Shown in pieces: positions 29,813 to 36,835 of a stretch of DNA of 64,000 nucleotides. The position numbers were made by a program, and so were the translations under genes. The stretch lies in the NCBI GenBank assembly GCA_964472415.1, contig CAYYLC010000002.1:164783-228782 (forward strand). Reading direction: 5' to 3'. Position 1 is the stretch's first letter. Each line of letters starts with the position of its first letter. This DNA comes from an uncultured Gammaproteobacteria bacterium. GTDB lineage: Bacteria; Patescibacteriota; Microgenomatia; Levybacterales; GWA1-39-11. The notes under the pieces were generated by a model that was given only the letters and a program-made list of their open reading frames with translations, searched no databases and was not told where the DNA came from.

Positions 29813-30235
29813 ATGAAATTTGAATTTAGTGCTGGAGGTATTGTATATAAAAAAGAACGAAACACGCTTTTTATTCTTCTTGCAAAACATTCATATCATA
29901 AAGGATGGGTATTTCCAAAAGGATTGATTGATAAAGGTGAAACGAAAGAGCAAGCAGCAATACGAGAAGTAAAAGAGGAAAGTGGTGCGGATGGTGTTAT
30001 TCAGAAATCACTAGAGCCTATAACGTATTGGTATAGATTTGAAAATGAGAAACGAAAAAAGACGGTATATTATTTTATTATGCAATATGCTGGAGGAGAT
30101 ATTAGTCAGCACGATTTTGAAATGGATGATGTGCAATGGTATAAGGCGCAGGATGCAGTGAAAAAGCTCACTTATAGATCAGAAAAGGAACTACTCGAAA
30201 AATCGCTCATTAAAATAGAAAGACTTGCAGAGTAG
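29813..30235 (+). CDS. NUDIX hydrolase
   Basis: Nudix box GETKEQAAIREVKEESG. 140 aa. Confidence 0.75.
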   Translation: MKFEFSAGGIVYKKERNTLFILLAKHSYHKGWVFPKGLIDKGETKEQAAIREVKEESGADGVIQKSLEPITYWYRFENEKRKKTVYYFIMQYAGGDISQHDFEMDDVQWYKAQDAVKKLTYRSEKELLEKSLIKIERLAE

Positions 30236-30243
30236 CTGTTGTG

Positions 30244-30328
30244 CGGAGGAGGCGGGATTTGAACCCGCGTGAGCTTGCGCTCGCACGCTTTCCAAGCGTG
30301 TGCCATAGGCCACTAGGCGACTCCTCCT
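30244..30328 (-). tRNA. tRNA-Ser (anticodon GGA)
   Basis: Manual cloverleaf of 85 nt: acceptor GGAGGAG/CTCCTCC; anticodon stem CACGC/GCGTG with loop TTGGAAA; long variable arm; T stem GCGGG/CCCGC with TTCAAAT loop. Confidence 0.8.
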
Positions 30329-30343
30329 TTTGAAGCGGAACGC

Positions 30344-30372
30344 ATTTTAATTCTGAGTAGTAAAATGCGTAA
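30344..30372 (-). promoter_or_regulatory. Putative promoter of tRNA-Ser(GGA) (TTACGC-17-TAAAAT on minus strand) embedded in a 10-bp inverted repeat
   Basis: Inverted repeat ACGCATTTTA (30340-30349) / TAAAATGCGT (30361-30370) around an 11-nt loop. Its arms coincide with the -35 and -10 hexamers, about 9 nt upstream of tRNA position 1. Confidence 0.35.
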
Positions 30373-30479
30373 GTGAACACTTTTTAAAACTCTTCGCAAA
30401 ATTGATCTAAGAATTTATAAAGAAATAGTATGTGAATTATAAGTTACTCTAAGAAATTATCCAAGCCATTTCTGAAAAA

Positions 30480-30508
30480 TTCCTTTTTTCAGCGTGAAAT
30501 GGTAGAAT
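30480..30508 (+). promoter_or_regulatory. Putative promoter of tRNA-Met with extended -10 (TGgTAGAAT)
   Basis: TGg + TAGAAT at 30500-30508, ending 9 nt before tRNA position 1. Weak -35 TTCCTT. The extended -10 has the same architecture as the rpmH promoter. Confidence 0.35.
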
Positions 30509-30517
30509 ATACAATCT

Positions 30518-30590
30518 GGCTGGGTAGCTCAGTGGTTAGAGCAGAGTCTTCATAAGGCTAAGGTCGTGAGTTCAAATCTCACCCCAGCTA
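30518..30590 (+). tRNA. tRNA-Met (anticodon CAT; elongator Met or Ile-lysidine type, not initiator-like)
   Basis: Manual cloverleaf of 73 nt: acceptor GGCTGGG/CCCAGCT; D stem GCTC/GAGC; anticodon loop TTCATAA; T stem GTGAG/CTCAC with TTCAAAT loop. It lacks the three G-C pairs in the anticodon stem and the 1-72 mismatch expected of an initiator tRNA. Confidence 0.75.
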
Positions 30591-30610
30591 CAAGGTTTTA
30601 ATTTTTCTTC

Positions 30611-31396
30611 ATGGATACTAGACCGATTGGTGTATTTGATTCAGGAGTCGGTGGACTTTCTGTATATCGAGAGTTAAAGAAGCTTCTTCCTCATGAACAG
30701 GTTATATATCTTTGTGACCAGAAAAATGTTCCTTATGGGGCAAAAACAAAAGAGCAAATTCTCTCCTACACAGATCAATCTATGCAGTTTTTCCTCAAGC
30801 GTAATGTGAAACTTGTGGTGATTGCTTGTAATACGGCAACAATTTATGCGATAGATGCAATGCGAGAAAGATACCCGATTTTATTTGTAGGAACTGTTCC
30901 TATGATAAAACAGCTCAAAAATTATACAAAAACAAAAAAAGCTGCAGTTCTTTGTACTCCAGCGACAGCAAAAAGTGAATACTTAAAGAAACTTATTGAA
31001 GAATATGCCGATGGGATAGAGGTCAAAGTTATTGGTGGAAGTAATCTTGAGCAGTTTGTAGAGCGGGGGAATTTGGATAATCTGCGTATCTATAATTTAC
31101 TCGTGACATTGCTCAATCCGCTTCTCGAAAAAAATATAGATACATTGGCGTTAAGTTGTACACATTATCCTTTTTTGCGTCCTCAGATAGCAAAAATTGC
31201 TGGAAGTAGAGTGCATATATTAGATTCAGGAAATGCTATTGCAAGGCACACAAAAGAGATTTTAAGAGCTGGGAATCTTTTATCAGAAAATGGGCAGAAA
31301 GACCTTTTTTATACTACCGGAGATATGAAAAAATTTAGAATTGTTGCGGAAGAATTATTGGGTAGTACAATAGAAGGAGAAAAAGCATATGTCTAA
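30611..31396 (+). CDS. murI: Glutamate racemase
   Basis: IGVFDSGVGGLSV ... VIACNTAT ... LSCTHYP motifs, including the two catalytic Cys regions. 261 aa. Confidence 0.85.
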   Translation: MDTRPIGVFDSGVGGLSVYRELKKLLPHEQVIYLCDQKNVPYGAKTKEQILSYTDQSMQFFLKRNVKLVVIACNTATIYAIDAMRERYPILFVGTVPMIKQLKNYTKTKKAAVLCTPATAKSEYLKKLIEEYADGIEVKVIGGSNLEQFVERGNLDNLRIYNLLVTLLNPLLEKNIDTLALSCTHYPFLRPQIAKIAGSRVHILDSGNAIARHTKEILRAGNLLSENGQKDLFYTTGDMKKFRIVAEELLGSTIEGEKAYV

Positions 31397-32765
31397 CACG
31401 CAAGAATTTAATATTCGGTCAATAGGAGACTTGCAGGGTAAAAGTATTCTCATTCTGGGTTTTGGGATAGAGGGTAAAAGTATTGCAGGATATTTATCCA
31501 AAAATAATATCTCCTTTTCTGTATATGATAAAAATCTCGAGAAAAAGCAGGAGTTAGAAAGTATTTCTCATGCGACATTTGTTTCCAAGGAGGACTTCCA
31601 GCAGTTTGAAGTAATAATTCGTTCACCCGGCATTCATCCTGATGCTCAGATCTTAAAAACTGTCTCTGAAAATGCGCTCATAACTTCTAGTACAAAATTA
31701 TTTTTTGATCTTTCGCCCACAAAGCAAATTATTGGCGTAACAGGTACAAAGGGGAAGGGGACGACTTCAACACTTATTTGCGAGATGCTGCAAGAGTATG
31801 GTGAGGATGTATATTTAGGAGGGAATATTGGGAAAGCACCATTTGATTTTATTGATAGTTTGGATCAGGATTCTTGGGTGGTTTTAGAAATGTCTTCATT
31901 TCAACTTATTGATCTTCACAAGAGTCCATATATTGCAGTTATGCTGATGACGACATCAGAGCATTTGAATTACCACAAAGACATTTATGAATATGTTGAG
32001 GCAAAACGAAACATTTTTCGGTTCCAAAATGAAGACAGCTTTGCAATTGTGAACCAGGATTATCCTGCAAGTAGTGAGTCTGATCTGGCAGGGGAAGCGA
32101 AGGTGTATAAAATTAGTCGAGATCAGGAAGTTTTTGATGAAGGTTGTTATATAAAAAATGATACAGTAATACTCAAAATTAATGGGAAGATAAAAGAAGT
32201 TCTTAAAGCAGAGAGGATAAAGCTCCCAGGAAAGCATAACCAGGAAAATGTATGTGCGGCAGTTCTTGCAGCGTCTCTTGCGGGTGTAGATATGGATTCT
32301 ATAAAACATGTACTTAGTACATTTACGGGGCTTGAGCATAGGATAGAGTTTGTCGCAAATATCCAGGGGGTCATGTATTACGATGATTCTTTCTCCACTA
32401 CTCCTGAAACGGCAATTGCTGCAATTGAGAGCTTTTCTCAGCAGAAAATACTTATTCTCGGTGGAGCAAGTAAGAATTCTGATTTTACCGATCTTGGTAA
32501 GACGATCTCGAATTCGAATTCAATCAAAGTAATTATTGGGATTGGTGAGGAGTGGCAGCATATAAAAGAGGTAATTGAAAATCCACATATTCAATTTATT
32601 GAAGGTTGTGAGACGATGGAGGAGATTGTGCATGAGGCGTCGAGGCGAGCTGATGTGGGAGATGTAGTGGTTCTTTCTCCTGCTTGCGCAAGTTTCGGGA
32701 TGTTTCAGAATTATAAAGATCGAGGAGATCAGTTCAAAAAGGCAGTGAGAAATTTGACAAATTAA
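31389..32765 (+). CDS. murD: UDP-N-acetylmuramoylalanine--D-glutamate ligase
   Basis: Mur ligase P-loop GVTGTKGKGTTSTL. Central and C-terminal Mur ligase domains. 458 aa. Overlaps murI by 8 nt. Confidence 0.85.
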   Translation: MSNTQEFNIRSIGDLQGKSILILGFGIEGKSIAGYLSKNNISFSVYDKNLEKKQELESISHATFVSKEDFQQFEVIIRSPGIHPDAQILKTVSENALITSSTKLFFDLSPTKQIIGVTGTKGKGTTSTLICEMLQEYGEDVYLGGNIGKAPFDFIDSLDQDSWVVLEMSSFQLIDLHKSPYIAVMLMTTSEHLNYHKDIYEYVEAKRNIFRFQNEDSFAIVNQDYPASSESDLAGEAKVYKISRDQEVFDEGCYIKNDTVILKINGKIKEVLKAERIKLPGKHNQENVCAAVLAASLAGVDMDSIKHVLSTFTGLEHRIEFVANIQGVMYYDDSFSTTPETAIAAIESFSQQKILILGGASKNSDFTDLGKTISNSNSIKVIIGIGEEWQHIKEVIENPHIQFIEGCETMEEIVHEASRRADVGDVVVLSPACASFGMFQNYKDRGDQFKKAVRNLTN

Positions 32766-32782
32766 TTTCTCTTCATTATACT
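32754..32782 (+). promoter_or_regulatory. Consensus sigma70 promoter TTGACA-17-TATACT driving the trpS leader
   Basis: TTGACA at 32754-32759 lies in the last codons of murD. The spacer is exactly 17 nt. TATACT at 32777-32782. It is followed by about 240 nt without a start codon context before the terminator. Confidence 0.5.
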
Positions 32783-32788
32783 TTCACA

Positions 32789-33029
32789 ACAAAGCTATGA
32801 TTCGGAGGGATGGAACCGAGGAGCTGGGGCTTAAATTACCCACGGAGACGAAACCGTAAAAGACTGTAGCGAGTGTCGGATAAGTTTCGGAGCTCGTCAT
32901 GAATAAGATCTGCATGACGTGCTTCCCCAGGGAAGCATTTTTTGTAAGAGAGCACAAGGTGGCACCGCCGATCCTGTAAGGCCCTTGTAAGATTTCAATG
33001 CATGTTGGAGTTTTACAAGGGCTTTTTTT
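32789..33029 (+). promoter_or_regulatory. Candidate T-box riboswitch leader (tRNA-Trp responsive) with terminator/antiterminator
   Basis: Stem-III-like hairpin ATGCTTCC-CCAG-GGAAGCAT at 32919-32938. T-box-like AAGGTGGCACCGCC at 32956-32969 (consensus AGGGUGGNACCGCG). The variable position C would pair with discriminator G73 of tRNA-Trp. A 10-bp terminator stem GCCCTTGTAA/TTACAAGGGC plus T7 follows at 32981-33029. trpS lies downstream. Stem I and the specifier were not confidently folded by hand. Confidence 0.45.
32978..33029 (+). terminator. Intrinsic terminator (10-bp perfect stem, 22-nt loop, TTTTTTT)
   Basis: Stem GCCCTTGTAA (32981-32990) pairs with TTACAAGGGC (33013-33022). A 7-T run follows at 33023-33029. 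Confidence 0.6.
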
Positions 33030-33050
33030 GTTGGAAGGAGGTGAAAAATA

Positions 33051-33290
33051 ATGATAGAACGGTATAGATTTGAATTATCGAAAATAACTGAGGAATTTGA
33101 AGTTAGTGAGATTTTTAATACAAATGGCGAGAATATAGGGATGGGTGTAAAAGGTCGTAGCCCATCAAGGGATGGTTCTCTGCGCGATGCAGGAGTTGAA
33201 GTGTTTGGACTGTATATGGATGCAGCAGGAGAATCTCTATGTTCTGAAATAGAACTCGTGCCTGGAGAGAGTAAAAATATCACTGAATAA
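33051..33290 (+). CDS. Small acidic hypothetical protein (79 aa) between the T-box-like leader and trpS
   Basis: It is preceded by GGAAGGAGGTG with 9-nt spacing to the ATG. This is the only strong SD noted in the window. No recognisable domain. Confidence 0.4.
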   Translation: MIERYRFELSKITEEFEVSEIFNTNGENIGMGVKGRSPSRDGSLRDAGVEVFGLYMDAAGESLCSEIELVPGESKNITE

Positions 33291-33332
33291 TTGAAATTGG
33301 TTAATTTAGGCTTACAATAGTAGAATATAACT

Positions 33333-34310
33333 ATGAAAAAGAGAGTTTTGTCAGGGATTAGGGCTACAGGAAGACTTCATCTAGGAAACTATTTGGGAGC
33401 TGTAAAAGGTATGCTTGAGCTTCAGAACAGTGAAGAATATGAGACATATTATATGGTTGCAGACGTGCATACTATTACAACTCCCTATAGTGTTGAAGAT
33501 TTGAGGAAAAATAGACGAGAAGTAATTCTTGACTATCTTGCTGTAGGGCTTGATCCGGAAAAATCAGTTATATTTCAGCAATCAGAAATTCCAGAGCATT
33601 TAGAGCTATCATTTTATCTCTCGTCTGTAGTAACTGTTGCAAAGATGCAACATCTTCCGACATTTAAGGATAAGGTAAAGCAATATCCACAAAATGCGAC
33701 AATGGCACTTTTAAATTATCCGATTCTCATGAGTGCTGATATTTTGATTTACAAGGGAGAGTTGGTGCCGGTAGGAATTGATCAGGAGCCACATCTAGAA
33801 GTTGCAAGGGAAATTGCAAGACGTTTTAATCAAGATTATGGAACAGATTTAGCTGAACCGCAGCGATTTAAAACTCAGGGAGAATATGTCCCGAGTCTTA
33901 CTGGGGAAGGTAAGATGAGCAAGAGTATTGAGGGGAGTTATATAAATTTGACCGATAATCTAGAAGAGATTACGGCAAAAGTTGCAAAGATACCAACTGA
34001 TAGCGGGAAAGGTGAATCGATAGAGGGTGGAGTAAAAAGCCTGTTTGAGCTTGTTGGACTATTCCAAGGGAAAGAAGAAAAAGACGAGTACGAAACTCTG
34101 TATAAAAATGGAGGAGTTCGGTATGGAGATATTAAAGCATCTCTTTCTGAGGCCATCTTTAATGAATTAAGACCTATCCAAGAGAAAAGAGCAGAATTTG
34201 AGGGCGATCCAGATCTTGTGGACAGGATAATTTCTGAAGGAAATGAGGAAGCGAGGCGGGTTGCAAAAAGGACTATGGAAGAAGTTAGGAAAAAAATGGG
34301 GCTTTTATAA
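33333..34310 (+). CDS. trpS: Tryptophanyl-tRNA synthetase
   Basis: Class I HIGH-type motif (TGRLHLGNY). KMSKS motif. 325 aa, the typical TrpRS size. Confidence 0.9.
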   Translation: MKKRVLSGIRATGRLHLGNYLGAVKGMLELQNSEEYETYYMVADVHTITTPYSVEDLRKNRREVILDYLAVGLDPEKSVIFQQSEIPEHLELSFYLSSVVTVAKMQHLPTFKDKVKQYPQNATMALLNYPILMSADILIYKGELVPVGIDQEPHLEVAREIARRFNQDYGTDLAEPQRFKTQGEYVPSLTGEGKMSKSIEGSYINLTDNLEEITAKVAKIPTDSGKGESIEGGVKSLFELVGLFQGKEEKDEYETLYKNGGVRYGDIKASLSEAIFNELRPIQEKRAEFEGDPDLVDRIISEGNEEARRVAKRTMEEVRKKMGLL

Positions 34311-34312
34311 TC

Positions 34313-34591
34313 ATGAAGCAGCTTTATATTTTAGTTTCTGGATTTGTTCAGGGTGTAGGATTTAGAGCCTTTACCGTAAAAAAAGCGAAAAAGCTTGGCT
34401 TGACTGGGTTTGCTAGGAACTTAATTGATGGGAGAGTGGAGATACGCGTTCAAGGTGAGGAAGATAAATTGCGTGAGCTCCTGGTTCATGTAAAAAAAGG
34501 GTCATATTTCTCTCAAGTTAAAAACGTTTTAGTAAAAGAGGAAAAGATTACGGAAAAATTCGTGGATATGATTAAGGAAAAAACTATATGA
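34313..34591 (+). CDS. acyP: Acylphosphatase
   Basis: VSGFVQGVGFRAFT ... GFARNLIDGRVEI motifs. 92 aa. Confidence 0.75.
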   Translation: MKQLYILVSGFVQGVGFRAFTVKKAKKLGLTGFARNLIDGRVEIRVQGEEDKLRELLVHVKKGSYFSQVKNVLVKEEKITEKFVDMIKEKTI

Positions 34592-34836
34592 GAAGAGCAA
34601 TAATTTCATCAATCAAGTTTTATCAAAAGATTGATATTTTTAATTTGCCCGCGTTTAAAGCGCTGGTGATCTTTGATGCGTCATGCAAGTATAGTCCGAC
34701 GTGTTCTGATTATATGATTGGTGCAATAGGGGAATATGGGATTATGAGAGGGTTTTTATTGGGTTTGAAAAGAATAATTTCGTGTCATCCATTTTCTCAG
34801 GGTGGATTTGATCCTGTTCCGAGTAAGAAAGTTTAA
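34588..34836 (+). CDS. yidD: Membrane protein insertion efficiency factor YidD
   Basis: CKYSPTCSDY ... HPFSQGGFDPVP are conserved YidD motifs. 82 aa. Its ATG overlaps the acyP TGA stop (ATGA). Confidence 0.8.
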   Translation: MRRAIISSIKFYQKIDIFNLPAFKALVIFDASCKYSPTCSDYMIGAIGEYGIMRGFLLGLKRIISCHPFSQGGFDPVPSKKV

Positions 34837-34912
34837 AATACAAGCTCAATTATGATATAATCACCTTTCTACAGTTTAAAGTAGGAGATCTGCTCTTCTG
34901 GGAACGATTTTA

Positions 34913-36799
34913 ATGAAACTGCAATCAAAAAACTCAAAAAATAAAGGGAAGTTTGGTATCAAATTCGGGTGGAAAGACCTGGTCCTTTACGGATCTTTGC
35001 TACTTTTTTTAATATTCATAACATATGGCTTAAGTGGTATGGGTGCTGGAGATAAACCTGAAGAGCTTCCTTTATCACAAGTAATTGCTGATGTAAGAGA
35101 GGAGAAGATAGAGGAAATCATTGTTTCTGACAGTAGCTTAGAAATCCGATACAATGATGGAACTGAGGCAATCAGTAATAAAGAAGCTGGCTCATCAATT
35201 TATGAGATACTGCAAAATGCACAAATAAGTACTCCCAGTGCAAATATAACGGTAAAAGATAATTCTGGAATGGATACAGTGATAGGGATTGCTGCTGCAT
35301 TTTTGCCAGTGCTTCTTATTATCGGGTTTTTCTTTTTTATCTTCCGTCAGGCACGAGGTGCTCAGGAGAATATATTTTCATTTGGAGGAAGCAAGGCAAA
35401 GGCGTTTAATAAAGTCTTCCCAAAAGTAACATTTGATGATGTTGCTGGAGCAGATGAGGCAAAGGAAGAAATGTTTGAGGTTGTAGATTTTCTGAAACAT
35501 CCGGAAAAATATCACAAGATCGGCGCTCGAACTCCAAAGGGAGTCTTACTCGTGGGACCTTCTGGGACAGGAAAAACGCTTTTGGCTCGTGCGGTTGCTG
35601 GAGAAGCAAAAGTCGCATTCTTTTCAATTGCTGGATCTGAATTTATGGAGATGTTAGTAGGAGTTGGGGCTGCACGTGTTCGTGATTTGTTTAGTAATGC
35701 GAAAAAAGCACAGCCTGCGATAATTTTTATTGATGAAGTTGATGCGATCGGGCGTGCGCGAGGGAATGGTATGATGGGTGGACATGATGAGCGTGAGCAA
35801 ACGCTAAATCAAATTTTAGTTGAGATGGATGGATTTACTCCTCGAGAGCAAATAGTCGTTATCGCTGCAACGAACAGGCCAGATATTTTAGATAATGCGT
35901 TAGTCCGTCCTGGTAGATTTGATAGGAGAATTGTTGTTCCATATCCAGATATAGAGGGAAGGCGAGAGATTATAAAAATTCACTCAAAGGGAAAGCCATT
36001 TAAAAAATCGGTGAATTGGGAGTCTGTTGCGAAGCGTACCGTAGGATTTACTGGAGCAGATCTTGAGAATATGTTGAATGAGGCAGCAATTTTGGCAGCT
36101 CGACATGCAAAAACTGAAATTGACGAACATGATATTGAGGAAGCTGCAACAAAGGTAAAGCTGGGACCTCAAAAAAGAAGACTACAATCTGAGCATGACA
36201 AGAAAATTACTGCATATCACGAGGCAGGACACGCGATCGTTAGCTATGCAATGCCAAACGCGGATCCGGTTCATAGAATTTCTATTGTGGGCCGTGGAAT
36301 GAGTTTGGGGCATACCCTTATTCCGCCAAGTCATGATCGAGTACATGAGACAAAAACACGACTCCTTGAACAAATTGCGACAATGCTTGGAGGACGGGCT
36401 GCTGAAGAGATGATCTTTACAAAAAATGACATCACTACAGGAGCAGCTGACGATATAGAGAAAGCAACCAATCTTGCCCGTACTATGGTAGTAGAATATG
36501 GAATGAGTAATATCGGTCCTATAAACCTAGATTATGAGAAATCATCTACCATGTATGGTGAAAAGACAAAGCTTTCAGAAAACATGCAGGCAAAGATAGA
36601 CAGTGAAGTAATGAGAATCATAGATGAAGGAATGAGGCGAGCAGTTGAAGGATTGAAGAAAAATAGAGAGAATTTAGATAATGTAGCGACAGCACTTTTG
36701 AAGAAAGAAACGTTGGAGTCAGATGAATTCATAAAAATTATGAAAGGTGAAATTAAAAAAAATGCTCCAAAGAAAATAGCCGCAAGCAAGAGATTATAA
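34913..36799 (+). CDS. ftsH: ATP-dependent zinc metalloprotease FtsH
   Basis: N-terminal TM helices. AAA+ Walker A GPSGTGKT and Walker [10 protein letters not shown], plus SRH. Zinc motif HEAGHAIV. 628 aa. Confidence 0.9.
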   Translation: MKLQSKNSKNKGKFGIKFGWKDLVLYGSLLLFLIFITYGLSGMGAGDKPEELPLSQVIADVREEKIEEIIVSDSSLEIRYNDGTEAISNKEAGSSIYEILQNAQISTPSANITVKDNSGMDTVIGIAAAFLPVLLIIGFFFFIFRQARGAQENIFSFGGSKAKAFNKVFPKVTFDDVAGADEAKEEMFEVVDFLKHPEKYHKIGARTPKGVLLVGPSGTGKTLLARAVAGEAKVAFFSIAGSEFMEMLVGVGAARVRDLFSNAKKAQPAIIFIDEVDAIGRARGNGMMGGHDEREQTLNQILVEMDGFTPREQIVVIAATNRPDILDNALVRPGRFDRRIVVPYPDIEGRREIIKIHSKGKPFKKSVNWESVAKRTVGFTGADLENMLNEAAILAARHAKTEIDEHDIEEAATKVKLGPQKRRLQSEHDKKITAYHEAGHAIVSYAMPNADPVHRISIVGRGMSLGHTLIPPSHDRVHETKTRLLEQIATMLGGRAAEEMIFTKNDITTGAADDIEKATNLARTMVVEYGMSNIGPINLDYEKSSTMYGEKTKLSENMQAKIDSEVMRIIDEGMRRAVEGLKKNRENLDNVATALLKKETLESDEFIKIMKGEIKKNAPKKIAASKRL

Positions 36800-36835
36800 A
36801 TTCCACAGAATAAGCTGATATACTAAAAGTGTCCT

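Noticed and set aside
32766-33050. RNase P RNA, SRP RNA or tmRNA in the murD-trpS spacer (GTAAGAGAGCACAAGGTGGCACC looked vaguely like the RNase P GGUAAGAGCGCACC region)
   Set aside because: No AGGAAAGUCCGGGCUCC, ACAGNRA or other universal RNase P blocks are present. No SRP domain IV or tRNA-like 3' end is present. The T-box interpretation fits the hairpin, motif and terminator order better.
32897-33283. 128-aa minus-strand ORF
   Set aside because: It runs antisense through the leader terminators and the SD-bearing small ORF. It has no support and is considered spurious.
34313-34836. Alternative genetic code (UGA recoded as Gly, as in some CPR lineages)
   Set aside because: TGA clearly functions as a stop: the acyP TGA overlaps the yidD ATG (ATGA). 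Conserved proteins end where expected. All long ORFs are intact under code 11.
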